Source: Eledone cirrhosa (lineage: Eukaryota). Taken from it: 64,000 nucleotides of DNA. Within the stretch, counting starts at the first letter, position 1. Every line of letters starts with the position of its first letter. The notes beneath the pieces were generated by a model. The model did not search any database and was not told the origin of the DNA. It saw only the letters and a program-made list of their open reading frames with translations. This document shows positions 1 to 10,400 of this stretch, piece by piece. Where the stretch lies: NCBI GenBank assembly GCA_964016885.1, contig OZ024741.1, forward strand, positions 372,062,001-372,126,000. The letters run 5' to 3'. The translations under genes and the position numbers were made by a program.

Positions 1-734
1 GAGTTCTGGATCTTAGGGAGGGTGTCTCGTTGCCCCATGTCAGATTCTTTCATTTTCATCCATTCGATCATAATTTCATCCTTCAAGTTGGCAAGTTCAT
101 TCTCATTCATTTCTTTATCATTTACGATCTCATTATTTTCATTTGGAGTTTCATACTGAGCATGCACTCCCTCCACTTTTTCGATCCTTTCTTTAATTTG
201 TTCTGTTGCCAGTGATTCTGCCCCAACCCTGGGATTCGAAGTGTTACAATTTACCTCGTTTTCACTGACACATGTTTCATTTTCCCTTCGCTGACTTTGT
301 GCTAATAGCTTGATCTGATCAATTTCTATATCAGTTAGTAACTTTTTTTTTACAATATTTCTTCGTATATTGGCTAGTTTGTTACTGTCAATATAGCCTC
401 TGTTTTCGGGATGTTTCTTTTTCCAGTTGATATATGTCTGTTCTGTATTCGATGTATTTGATGGGTAGTATATGGCAGTGTAGAAAGCCTCAAGGACTTC
501 TTTATTATCTTCCCTTGACCATTTTTCTCTCTTTTTCTTTGGATTTCTTGGTGGTGAGCATGGAGGGCCAACAGTAGGAGTATTCCGGTTATGGGAGGTC
601 TCCAGCTCCGAAGTGATGGGAAGGTTTGAACCATTAGCTGATTTTTCGACCCCAGTCTGGTTCCTCTCTGAGGGACGCGGCCCTTTTTTACCCGGGTGAC
701 GGCCGATCCGGTATGAGATTTTATCATTAGACAT
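1..734 (-). CDS. N-terminal part of an R4/Dong-like (RLE-type) non-LTR retrotransposon ORF, open past the left window edge
   Basis: Manual translation from the ATG at 734 is stop-free to base 1: MSNDKISYRIGRHPGKK...KKKREKWSREDNKEVLEAFY...SNKLANIRRNIVKKKLLTDIEIDQIK...QRDTLPKIQN. The KWSREDN, LANIRRNI and RxxLPKI pattern resembles R4/Dong N-termini. It is probably absent from the ORF track because it has no stop in the window. Confidence 0.65.
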   Translation of the reverse strand, partial: MSNDKISYRIGRHPGKKGPRPSERNQTGVEKSANGSNLPITSELETSHNRNTPTVGPPCSPPRNPKKKREKWSREDNKEVLEAFYTAIYYPSNTSNTEQTYINWKKKHPENRGYIDSNKLANIRRNIVKKKLLTDIEIDQIKLLAQSQRRENETCVSENEVNCNTSNPRVGAESLATEQIKERIEKVEGVHAQYETPNENNEIVNDKEMNENELANLKDEIMIEWMKMKESDMGQRDTLPKIQN

Positions 735-925
735 TTACTTTATTTTGTCGCGTTTTATCCTTAACCGCCAAGGGGTAATCATTTCGTGTTACCACTTCTA
801 GAACGAGTGTCAACCAAGATTAGAGGGGTCGTTCTCCCCTAGAGACACGGCTATTCCCCACCGGCCGCCTTCCCGGTATTTCTTGGTCACGGGGTTTTCT
901 TTTTTGTTGTTTTTTTAAATTGTTA
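1..925 (-). mobile_element. 5' portion (GC-richer 5' UTR plus ORF start) of an R4/Dong-like retrotransposon
   Basis: The ORF above plus a ~190 nt leader with self-complementary segments (ACCAAGA/TCTTGGT, GGGG..CCCC). The 5' boundary is approximate. Confidence 0.55.
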
Positions 926-1377
926 TTATCATGAGTGGTTCCTTAATGTGAGCATTGCGTGGCTTAAGAATGAAATTATTAATAATAATTATTATCTCGA
1001 CTCCAGGCACAAGGCCAGCAATCACCCAGTGCATTACAATAATATAATATACTTTTTGCTGAAGTTGCCTGTTATTGTTGTTGGCTATGTCGGTGGTGGT
1101 GCTGGGGCTTTTTATATTGTTGGTGAGGAAGGGGGGAGCCAGCAGTGCCATAGTTGTTGACGTTTGGCCGGTGGCCAGGTCACTAAGTCAATCTATTTAT
1201 ATATTTTGCTAGCCTCTCCCTTGTCTAGTGATACCACCACCTTCCCCTTTCTTAAGTTAACAGGGGAATAGTGGTAGTAGCAATGAAGGAATGGTGGCGG
1301 CGGTGATGGGGTAGTGGTAGCAATGATGGATGGAGTGGTGGCGGCGGTGGCGTTGTCGTTACTGAGTTTTGTTGAGT

Positions 1378-1511
1378 GGACTAGTTTTTTTTTATATGTA
1401 GTATCTATGCGTTTGTGTCGCGTATGTTTAATATCTGTGTTGAATAGACTAGTTTTGTTTGATCTGTAGTATCTATGCGGTTTGTCGCGTATGTTTAATA
1501 TGTGTGTTGAG
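1378..1511. repeat. ~70 bp tandem duplication
   Basis: gactagtttt...tgtagtatctatgcg...tgtcgcgtatgtttaatat.tgtgttga occurs twice. Confidence 0.7.
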
Positions 1512-1971
1512 ATATTCCCGTAAAATTGGAATTAAACATTTTGTTAAAACTTGAGACAATAATAATAGTAATTATTATTATGATGCTGGGATTGGTGGTG
1601 GTGGTGAAATTGCCGTTATCTGGCTGTTATATTTAGTGTACACAGCGGGGTGATGGGGTAGGTGGTGTATCAAGTTTCTGGTGTTGGTGAAATTGCTGTT
1701 ATTTGGCTGTTCTATATAGTGTAGACAGAGGGGGTTTTTCTTCCATTTATAACCATTTTCTTTTTTGAATATAAAATATATAATACAAAATTGAATATTT
1801 GAGCGATATAACAATATATTATGGATCCGAAATTTTATGCGACTTGATTCGGTGGTTTATGCATTATTTGTACTAAGAATTGTTATTTCACAATTGATTT
1901 AAATATGTTATAAATCAAAAACTTACGGGAGCGATTTCATGACCTTCTACCACCTCGTGCGTCTTCTTCCC

Positions 1972-2003
<32 letters not shown>
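1972..2003 (+). repeat. (ATT)n microsatellite at the 5' junction of Tx1-like copy 1
   Basis: TT(ATT)10 directly before GAATGCC. Confidence 0.95.
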
Positions 2004-2216
2004 GAATGCCATGGTTGACGGAGGCTCGGCTCTGTAAGGTATAGTAATTTTTAACCGTTAAAACAATTGTAAATTGTTTAAAACTTGAACCTAATTGTTG
2101 ATAAAGACACCCTCCTCCTCGTGAGAGGGGTCTTTCTGCCCGGTATTTGGCCCTTCGGGGTTAAATAACCAGTTATTGGGGTTTTGTACCCAAAATTTCA
2201 TTTTAAACAAAAAAAC

Positions 2217-4295
2217 ATGGCTACCAAAAAGAAATTTCATACGTCACTCCCACTCATTCCGTCTTCTTCTTCCTCAATCATCACTACAGCAGAGAGAAGA
2301 TTGTCTCTCTCCCTCCCTTCTTTAAATGTGTCTCTCTCCCTCCCTTCTCTTTCGCAAGCGACGAAAGAAAAGAAAAGTCTCGTGCAAAGCCTGCAAGGTT
2401 TCTCCACGACGACGACGACAGCGACGAAACAGGTGTGCGGGAAATACGAAAACCCAGTTCATTCGTCTGACGTCAGGAATAATAGCAGTAGCAGCCGTAA
2501 TAACAACAGCAACAGTGACAATGAAAACAACAGTAGCAGCCGCAACAGCATCACCAGCAACATAAACAACAACAGCATTAGCAGCAGCAACACCAACAAC
2601 AACCACAGCAACAGCGGCGGAGGCAGTAGTCGTAGTACCTGCAGCAACAACAAAAGTACCAGCAGCTCTGACGACAACAACAACAGCAGAGAAAAACCAA
2701 TCTCATTTGCAGGTATTGCGAAAAACTTGGAAACAATCCTCATAACAAATGAGGAATTAGAGGAAGCGAAGAAGATGGTGACAAAGAACGGACACCGAGC
2801 AATCTGCAAGGCAGCGGAAAAGTTTTTCGAGACCCAAGAGCACTGTACGGTCACGTACCGTACAGTAAGTACAAAATCCCGTAGGGTGGAAAGAGCCACA
2901 GAGGCCCAAATACAAAAAGCCTTGGGGTCTGTGTGGCAGAGGAAAACGCACATCACCCGAGGCAAAAAATATGCCACCATAGACGTACTTTTTGCCACAC
3001 CCCAGGAGGCAAAGGCCCAATCAGTAGTGACCCTAAGGAGCGAGGAAATGGTGTTGGTGCCCTCCTACTGCGGGCAAAAAATTGTGAGGGTCAAACTGAC
3101 CCACGTCCCACCCGGAATGACCCCTTCTTGGCTGGCCGCGTCTGTCCTCGTCGGAATCGAGGACAAAACAACTGTACTGCAAGTACAGAAAAAAGTAAGA
3201 GAAGATTGGGTCGGCTCCTCCATTGAGATGCTAATCCAAACCAACCAGGAGTGCATCGAAGCTATCCCGGATGTGATAGACTTCGATAACGGCATTCAAC
3301 TGCCCATAAGTGTTGAGGGCAAACGCCCGAAATGCTTTCGCTGTGGATCGAAGACTCACCTAAGGGCCTTCTGCAACGAGAAGACCCTGAGAAAGGAGAA
3401 AACCCCCCTCCTTCCGAATCCGGCTCCACGGCTACCAGCAACAGGACAAGCGGCAACCAGGAACGATAGGTCCGTGGCACCCATACCCACTCCACGGAAA
3501 TCAAAAACAGCAGCAGCAGTGGAAATATTAACAACAACAACAGCAATACCAAATGCAGCTGCAACAGAGACTCCAGTGCAAACATCACCAACAACAAGTG
3601 AAAGAGTGGAGCTGGTACCCCTCCCCGACCTCACAGAATCAGACATGGAGTGTGAGGTGGGAGAGGGATGGCAAAAGGTCGTAAGAAGGCACAAACGCAG
3701 AAGCAGCGCATCGTCGCCTTTGAAAAGGGAGGAAAGAAATGAGAAAAGAGTAAAGTCTACTGCAAAGAGACCCACAGCAGCAACAACACCAACACCATCA
3801 CCACCCACACTAGCACCACCATCACCACCGCCAACAACACCTTTAACACCACCACCACAAGCACCAACATCGCAAACACAACAACAAAACACACACACCC
3901 AGCAACAACGACAAGAAAATAGCAGAACCACACCCCACCCCCAGAAAAACAAATGCACGGCAATAAACACACACAACAAGAAACTAATGACTTACATAAT
4001 TGAACACACAGACATTTCACAACAGGACTACATAATACCAGCACCAATCAAAACGCCAACTAACATAAGACTGCTAAAAATAGTACAGAAACAATACACA
4101 AACATTAAAACGAAATTCCCCAACGCAGTTGGTGATTTCAGGGACCTAGGAGGAACCATCAATCGAAGAGTATACTCAGACATTCTCTTAGAAGAGCCGA
4201 CGACCAGCCGAAGGGACGATTCAACGGTCCCTTCACCAGACGATCAAGTGAAAAGGGATGTAAAAACCATCCCTCCTCTACCAAAAGTACGGTAA
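2217..4295 (+). CDS. ORF1p (gag-like nucleic-acid-binding protein), 692 aa from the first ATG
   Basis: CFRCGSKTHLRAFC fits C-X2-C-X4-H-X4-C. Also a putative RRM-like region, an S/N-rich N-terminus and a P/T-rich tail. The ATG at 2217 matches the copy 2 start (MATKKK). Confidence 0.88.
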   Translation: MATKKKFHTSLPLIPSSSSSIITTAERRLSLSLPSLNVSLSLPSLSQATKEKKSLVQSLQGFSTTTTTATKQVCGKYENPVHSSDVRNNSSSSRNNNSNSDNENNSSSRNSITSNINNNSISSSNTNNNHSNSGGGSSRSTCSNNKSTSSSDDNNNSREKPISFAGIAKNLETILITNEELEEAKKMVTKNGHRAICKAAEKFFETQEHCTVTYRTVSTKSRRVERATEAQIQKALGSVWQRKTHITRGKKYATIDVLFATPQEAKAQSVVTLRSEEMVLVPSYCGQKIVRVKLTHVPPGMTPSWLAASVLVGIEDKTTVLQVQKKVREDWVGSSIEMLIQTNQECIEAIPDVIDFDNGIQLPISVEGKRPKCFRCGSKTHLRAFCNEKTLRKEKTPLLPNPAPRLPATGQAATRNDRSVAPIPTPRKSKTAAAVEILTTTTAIPNAAATETPVQTSPTTSERVELVPLPDLTESDMECEVGEGWQKVVRRHKRRSSASSPLKREERNEKRVKSTAKRPTAATTPTPSPPTLAPPSPPPTTPLTPPPQAPTSQTQQQNTHTQQQRQENSRTTPHPQKNKCTAINTHNKKLMTYIIEHTDISQQDYIIPAPIKTPTNIRLLKIVQKQYTNIKTKFPNAVGDFRDLGGTINRRVYSDILLEEPTTSRRDDSTVPSPDDQVKRDVKTIPPLPKVR

Positions 4296-4330
4296 GTGGT
4301 CTTTCCCATCTTTTCCACTCTATTTTAAAC

Positions 4331-7300
4331 ATGACCTCACTCAGAATAGGCAGCATAAATGCGCGTGGCTTGGGGTCGTCATGGAAGCAGGGTCACCTGC
4401 TCAACGACCTCAGGTCACTAAACATAGATGTAGTGGCCATCAGCGAGACCAGAATCTCCGAAGCACGGGCCTTCGCACCGATCTTCGGCGGCTACGATGT
4501 GTACGCATCTCCCAGCCGTCCTGGATCGGGTGGAGGAGTTGCTGTGCTTTTTCGGAGAGGTTTGGATCTCGCCATACGGGCCATCTTCCTGGACCCAGAG
4601 GGTAAGCTGGTGGTGCTGGACGTGACCAGCGGAGACGGGCAAGCTTTCAGGCTAGTGGCCGTCTATGCCCCGACAGGAGCAGGGCGGCCTGATTTCTTCC
4701 GGCGTCTGGAGACCTTTCTTGGAACGTCCCGCTCTTTAGTGTTAGTGGGCGACTGGAACGGGATCTTAGATGCACGCTGGGACTGTGTGGGATTAGCGGA
4801 TAGGGGTGGAGGGTGCAAGAGCCTCACCAACCTGCTCAGGCGTTTTGAACTGTCTGACAGGTACCGATTGGATTTCCCGAATGTGCCAATGTGGACTTGG
4901 ACAAACCGCATAGGGTCATCCAGATCATATCTAGATAGAGTATTTTGTAGGGAAATAGATAGGTCTAGCATAGGCTGTCCACAATTCAAGATAGTCAGCT
5001 ACACGGACCACAAATTCGTGACCTGTGTGCTTGACTTAGATAGGCTTCATAGACGAGGACCCGGCTACTGGAAGCTAAACGCGTCCTTACCAGCGCGCAA
5101 GGCCTACAGAGACCGGATTAGCGAACTAGTTAAGCGGGCGTTGACGGGGGCCATCGTCAACAACAAGTGGTGGTTTGCTCTGAAAAGAGCGATTAGAATA
5201 GAATCGATTAGGTTTAGTAAGGCTTTAGCAATAGAGAAAAATAGAGCAGAGGGAGAACTAGTTAGAAAATTAGACGAGGCGCTTAGCAAAGGCATTGCGA
5301 CCGACGTGCTTGCGGCGAAATTGGCCCTTGACCAATTCTTCAATGCAAAGCACGAAGGCTGCGTTGTCAGAGCTAGGGTGCGTGCTCTCAGACACGAGGG
5401 GACGAAAGCCGTTCAATGGGCCCGAGTGGCGGAGGCGCGTCGTGGCAACAAAGCCACGATCCGGTCTTTGGTGGACCACGACGGGCGCATGCTACTCGAT
5501 CCCGGGCAAATGTGTGAAGCTTTTCAGCGACACTTCGCTCAGCTGTTCGGGGGCAGCGGGGGGCCGGGTAGAGGGATGGACTTTAGTGTCTACCTCGACG
5601 GACTGCCGCGGCTCTCGGCCACTGAGGCGAAGTGTTGCGAAAAGCCGATAACAGCCGCTGAAGTACGGGAGGCAATGACTGGCTGCACAAGGGGTAAATC
5701 GCCTGGTTTGGATGGTCTGCCCTATGAACTTTACGTACAGATGCCAGACTTGTTCGGAGGCCTCTTGGCGGACGTCTACTGCAACTGGCAACAGAACGGG
5801 AGAATTCCCAGTTCTGTGAGCCGAGGAGCGGTGGCACTGCTGAGAAAGGATCCGAACAAGGGGGATAACATAGACAATTTCCGGCCCATAACTCTGCTAA
5901 ACACAGAGTTTAAGATTTTGGCCAAGGTGCTAGCAAAGAGGTTGGCGCTTGTCGTTGGTGGTCTGGTGGGAGAGGCGCAGACATGCGCCATTCCCGACAG
6001 ATCCATCCACGACAACCTCCACCTCATGCGATACATCGTAGAGAGGGTAGCTAGGGAACCTGGCACGGGTGGGTCCTTGATCAATTTAGATCAGTCGAAA
6101 GCTTTCGATAGGGTCGACCATCGTTACCTAGCGGCAGTCCTGAGGGCGGCTGGCTTTGGGCCCGTCTTCAGAGGCTGGATCGCTGCCATGCACAGCGACA
6201 TCTGCTCTGTGGTGAGAGTGAACGGTCACCTGTCGGAACCGTTCAACATCATGCGCTCGGTCCGCCAAGGATGTCCCCTCTCGTCCCTCTTGTACGTATT
6301 GACTCTCGAGCCATTACTGCACAAACTGGAGACGTTGAGGGGAGTCCCGCGCGAACTAGGATGCGGAAGATCCGTGTCAGCATATGCGGACGATGTCACC
6401 GTAGTGGTGTCGAACGCCAAACACATCGAGGCGATCGGCACTACACTAAGAGAATACGAAGCGGTGACAGGAGCAATGATCAACCAGGAAAAGTCAGTGG
6501 GCCTGCAGCTCGGCACCTGGAGAGGCAGGTCCATGCCGTCCAACAGCGTCGTCGGGCGCTGGACGGACGGACCGGTTAAATTGCTAGGGGTCTGGTTCGG
6601 TCCGGACCTCCAGACGGACAAAAACTGGGACGAGGTGACGAGCAGGGTGGCTTCTCTCACCCAGAAATGGGCGGAGAGGAAGCTATCCCTGAAAGGTCGA
6701 GCGGAGGTGGCTAACGCGTACATCGCGTCTGTCATCTGCTACCGCCTAACCGTCGTACCTTGTCCTAAGCCTCGCCTGACTGCGCTGGAGCGTTTGCTCT
6801 TTCGCTTTTTGTGGAAGGGACGTGCTCCGATGGTCAGGCGGTCCATCTGTTGTCAACACCCGCTACGTGGAGGGCTGGGCATGCCGTGGCTGATGATGCG
6901 CAGGCACGCGCTCAGGCTACGACATCTCCACCTCTTCCTCGACGGTGATCAGGTGTGGTCGCCGTTTGCTAGACGCGTTTTTCCCCAGCTCGTTTCCTTG
7001 ACGGAGCTGCAGTCCTGGGTCAAGCGAAGACCGAGAGGGAGCGCCTGGAGACTGGAATGTCTTCAGGCGCTCACAGCCCTCGACCAATCGGGCAATGTGA
7101 TCGGTGGAAACTCCACCTCGGCGTTCTATAGAGGATTAGTGGAGGGGAAGAGCGACGACGTACTTGGGGAAACTCTAGGCGTCGACGAAAATCAACTAGC
7201 CAATCTCTTCGGAAGAACTTTCGGGCCGGGGCCTATGGACAACTTCCAGAAATCTCTGGCCTGGCAGTGCTACCGAGGAGCCTTGCCAGTTCGGGATAAA

Positions 7301-7750
7301 CTCTACAGGCATGGAGGTGCCGTCAGCCGGGCATGTCCGAGATGCGCGCAGGGCGACGAAACCGTCCTGCACGCACTCGTCCAGTGTCCGAAAATTGCTG
7401 ACTTGTGGGTTTATGTCGAACACCTGCTGTCGCGTTTAGGACGGATCCAGCTATCATCTGAGTCTATCGTGAGGATTGCCCCGCCCTCCTCCTTTAGCCG
7501 GGAAGGGCAGGCAGTTTTTATCTGTCTGGTGGCCATGGCGAAAGAGATAGTATGGTGGACACGTTTGAAAGGGCTGAAGACGAGCACTTACCTCTTCGGT
7601 GATGCTCTGATTGACTTTTTCAAATTTCATTTGAAAAGGAAAATCAGAGTAGAGAAGGAAGTGCTCTCTTCCCAGCATTTTGTTGAAAGATGGGTGAGAG
7701 AAGCAAGAATGGCCCGAGTGAATGGGCCGACTCTGAGTATATATCTGTAA
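4331..7750 (+). CDS. ORF2p: APE endonuclease + reverse transcriptase + C-terminal Cys/His finger, 1139 aa
   Basis: APE motifs SINARGL, ISET, VYAP, GDWN, LDRV, TDH. RT motifs KSPGLDG, FRPITLLN, KAFDRV, RQGCPLS, YADD. C-terminal CPRC...ETVLHALVQC. Confidence 0.95.
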   Translation: MTSLRIGSINARGLGSSWKQGHLLNDLRSLNIDVVAISETRISEARAFAPIFGGYDVYASPSRPGSGGGVAVLFRRGLDLAIRAIFLDPEGKLVVLDVTSGDGQAFRLVAVYAPTGAGRPDFFRRLETFLGTSRSLVLVGDWNGILDARWDCVGLADRGGGCKSLTNLLRRFELSDRYRLDFPNVPMWTWTNRIGSSRSYLDRVFCREIDRSSIGCPQFKIVSYTDHKFVTCVLDLDRLHRRGPGYWKLNASLPARKAYRDRISELVKRALTGAIVNNKWWFALKRAIRIESIRFSKALAIEKNRAEGELVRKLDEALSKGIATDVLAAKLALDQFFNAKHEGCVVRARVRALRHEGTKAVQWARVAEARRGNKATIRSLVDHDGRMLLDPGQMCEAFQRHFAQLFGGSGGPGRGMDFSVYLDGLPRLSATEAKCCEKPITAAEVREAMTGCTRGKSPGLDGLPYELYVQMPDLFGGLLADVYCNWQQNGRIPSSVSRGAVALLRKDPNKGDNIDNFRPITLLNTEFKILAKVLAKRLALVVGGLVGEAQTCAIPDRSIHDNLHLMRYIVERVAREPGTGGSLINLDQSKAFDRVDHRYLAAVLRAAGFGPVFRGWIAAMHSDICSVVRVNGHLSEPFNIMRSVRQGCPLSSLLYVLTLEPLLHKLETLRGVPRELGCGRSVSAYADDVTVVVSNAKHIEAIGTTLREYEAVTGAMINQEKSVGLQLGTWRGRSMPSNSVVGRWTDGPVKLLGVWFGPDLQTDKNWDEVTSRVASLTQKWAERKLSLKGRAEVANAYIASVICYRLTVVPCPKPRLTALERLLFRFLWKGRAPMVRRSICCQHPLRGGLGMPWLMMRRHALRLRHLHLFLDGDQVWSPFARRVFPQLVSLTELQSWVKRRPRGSAWRLECLQALTALDQSGNVIGGNSTSAFYRGLVEGKSDDVLGETLGVDENQLANLFGRTFGPGPMDNFQKSLAWQCYRGALPVRDKLYRHGGAVSRACPRCAQGDETVLHALVQCPKIADLWVYVEHLLSRLGRIQLSSESIVRIAPPSSFSREGQAVFICLVAMAKEIVWWTRLKGLKTSTYLFGDALIDFFKFHLKRKIRVEKEVLSSQHFVERWVREARMARVNGPTLSIYL

Positions 7751-8010
7751 ACTAAAGGTGGAAAACTGGGAGAGGGCACTTGCCTTGGTGGTCAGGGTCA
7801 TTGTGGCTTTTTACTGGGCTTTCTCCACAAATGTCCCTCCGAAGTCTCCCCCCTATTGGGGAATTTTTCATTGTTATTTTCATTGTTATTTTTGTTACAT
7901 CCTCTGTTTTTGTTTTTTTACACGCAGAAATGCCCATTTGTACCGTCCTGCATTGTCCTGCACTGTCCTTAATGTCTACTTTATGTAAACCCTTGTGGTT
8001 AATAAAGAAA

Positions 8011-8012
<2 letters not shown>

Positions 8013-8054
<42 letters not shown>
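8013..8054 (+). repeat. (ATT)14 spacer between the two Tx1-like copies
   Basis: GAAATC-(ATT)14-GAATGCC. Confidence 0.95.
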
Positions 8055-8268
8055 GAATGCCATGGTTGACGGAGGCTCGGCTCTGTAAGGCATAGTAATT
8101 TTTAACCGTTAAAACAATTGTAAATTGTTTAAAACTTGAACCAAATTGTTGATAAAGACACCCTCCTCCTCGTGAGAGGGGTCTTTCTGTCCGTTGTTTG
8201 GCCCTTCGGGGTTAAATAACCAGTTATTGGGGTTTTGTACCCAATATTCATTTTAAACAAAAAACAAC

Positions 8269-10365
8269 ATGGCTACGAAAAAGAAATTTCATACGTCACT
8301 CCCACTCATTCCGTCTTCTTCTTCCTCAATCATCACTACAGCAGAGAGAAGATTGTCTCTCTCCCTCCCTTCTTTAAATGTGTCTCTCTCCCTCCCTTCT
8401 CTTTCGCAAGTGACGAAAGAAAAGAAAAGTCTCGTGCAAAGCGTGCAAGGTTTCTCCACGACGACGACGACAGCGACGAAACAGGTGTGCGGGAAATACG
8501 AAAACCCAGTTCATTCGTCTGACGTCAGGAATAATAGCAGTAGCAGCCGTAATAACAACAGCAACAGTGACAATGAAAACAACAGTAGCAGCCGCAACAG
8601 CATCACCAGCAGCATAAACAACAACAGCATTAGCAGCAGCAACACCAACAACAACCACAGCAACAGCGGCGGAGGCAGTAGTCGTAGTACCTGCAGCAAC
8701 AACAAAAGTACCAGCAGCTCTGACGACAACAACAACAGCAGAGAAAAACCAATCTCATTTGCAGGTATTGCGAAAAACTTGGAAACAATCCTCATAACAA
8801 ATGAGGAATTAGAGGAAGCGAAGAAGATGGTGACAAAGAACGGACACCGAGCAATCTGCAAGGCAGCGAAAAATTTTTTCGAAACCCAAGAGCACTGTAC
8901 GGTCACGTACCGTACAGTAAGTACAAAATCCCGTAGGGTGGAAAGAGCCACAGAGGCCCAAATACAAAAAGCCTTGGGGTCTGTGTGGCAGAGGAAAACG
9001 CACATCACCCGAGGCAAAAAATACGCCACCGTAGACGTACTTTTTGCCACACCCCAGGAGGCAAAGGCCCAATCAGTAGTGACCCTAAGGAGCGAGGAAA
9101 TGGTGTTGGTGCCCTCCTACTGCGGGCAAAAAATTGTGAGGGTCAAACTGACCCACATCCCCCCCGGAATGACCCCTTCTTGGCTGGCCGCGTCTGTCCT
9201 CGTCGGAATCGAGGACAAAACAACTGTACTGCAAGTACAGAAAAAAGTAAGAGAAGATTGGGTCGGCTCCTCCATTGAGATGCTAATCCAAACCAACCAG
9301 GAGTGCATCGAAGCTATCCCGGATGTGATAGACTTCGATAACGGCACTCAACTGCCCATAAGTGTTGAGGGCAAACGCCCGAAATGCTTTCGCTGTGGAT
9401 CGAAGACCCACCTCAGGGCCTTCTGCAACGAGAAGACCCTGAGAAAGGAGAAAACCCCCCTCCTTCCGAATCCGGCTCCACGGCTACCAGCAACAGGACA
9501 AGCGGCAACCAGGAACGATAGGCCCGTGGCACCCATACCCACTCCACGGAAATCAAAAACAGCAGCAGCAGTGGAAATACTAACAACAACAACAGCAATA
9601 CCAAATGCAGCTGCAACAGAGACTCCAGTGCAAACATCACCAACAACAACAAGTGAAAGAGTGGAGTTGGTACCCCTCCCCGACCTCACAGAATCAGACA
9701 TGGAGTGTGAGGTGGGAGAGAGATGGCAAAAGGTCGTAAGAAGACACAAACGCAGAAGCAGCGCATCGTCGCCTTTGAAAAGGGAGGAAAGAAATGAGAA
9801 AAGGGTAAAGTCTACTGCAAAGAGACCCACAGCAGCAACAACACCAACACCATCACCACCCACACTAGCGCCACCATCACCACCGGCGACAACCCCACCG
9901 CCAACAACACCTTCAACACCACCACCACAAGCACCAACATCGCAAACACAACAACAAAACACACACACCCAGCAACAACGACAAGAAAATAGCAGAACCA
10001 CACCCCACCCCCAGAAAAACAAATGCACGGCAATAAATACACACAACAAGAAACTAATGACTTACATAATTGAACACACAGACATTTCACAACAGGACTA
10101 CATAATACCAGCACCAATCAAAACGCCAACTAACATAAGACTGCTAAAAATAGCACAGAAACAATACACAAATATTAAAACGAAATTCCCCAACGCAGTT
10201 GGTGATTTCAGGGACCTAGGAGGAACCATCAATCGAAGAGTATACTCAGACATTCTCTTAGAAGAGCCGACGACCAGCCGAAGGGACGATTCAACGGTCC
10301 CTTCACCAGACGATCAAGTGAAAAGGGATGTAAAAACCATCCCTCCTCTACCAAAAGTACGGTAA
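8269..10365 (+). CDS. ORF1p of copy 2, 698 aa
   Basis: Same CCHC knuckle. Six residues longer than copy 1 through two in-frame indels (+1 and +5 aa). Confidence 0.88.
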   Translation: MATKKKFHTSLPLIPSSSSSIITTAERRLSLSLPSLNVSLSLPSLSQVTKEKKSLVQSVQGFSTTTTTATKQVCGKYENPVHSSDVRNNSSSSRNNNSNSDNENNSSSRNSITSSINNNSISSSNTNNNHSNSGGGSSRSTCSNNKSTSSSDDNNNSREKPISFAGIAKNLETILITNEELEEAKKMVTKNGHRAICKAAKNFFETQEHCTVTYRTVSTKSRRVERATEAQIQKALGSVWQRKTHITRGKKYATVDVLFATPQEAKAQSVVTLRSEEMVLVPSYCGQKIVRVKLTHIPPGMTPSWLAASVLVGIEDKTTVLQVQKKVREDWVGSSIEMLIQTNQECIEAIPDVIDFDNGTQLPISVEGKRPKCFRCGSKTHLRAFCNEKTLRKEKTPLLPNPAPRLPATGQAATRNDRPVAPIPTPRKSKTAAAVEILTTTTAIPNAAATETPVQTSPTTTSERVELVPLPDLTESDMECEVGERWQKVVRRHKRRSSASSPLKREERNEKRVKSTAKRPTAATTPTPSPPTLAPPSPPATTPPPTTPSTPPPQAPTSQTQQQNTHTQQQRQENSRTTPHPQKNKCTAINTHNKKLMTYIIEHTDISQQDYIIPAPIKTPTNIRLLKIAQKQYTNIKTKFPNAVGDFRDLGGTINRRVYSDILLEEPTTSRRDDSTVPSPDDQVKRDVKTIPPLPKVR

Positions 10366-10400
10366 GTGGTCTTTCCCATCTTTTCCACTCTATTTTAAAC

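Larger units (their letters stand above)
2004..8012 (+). mobile_element. Full-length Tx1/L1-clade non-LTR retrotransposon, copy 1
   Basis: 5' UTR, ORF1 with a CCHC knuckle, 35-nt spacer, APE-RT-zinc finger ORF2, and a 3' UTR with AATAAA at 8001-8006. Near-identical to 8055-14069, which defines both ends. Confidence 0.93.

Noticed and set aside
2103-2135. CCTCCTCGTG, resembling the HDV/R2 ribozyme L3 loop
   Set aside because: It sits in a simple hairpin (AAAGAC...GTCTTT), and I could not build P1, P1.1, P4 or J4/2 around it
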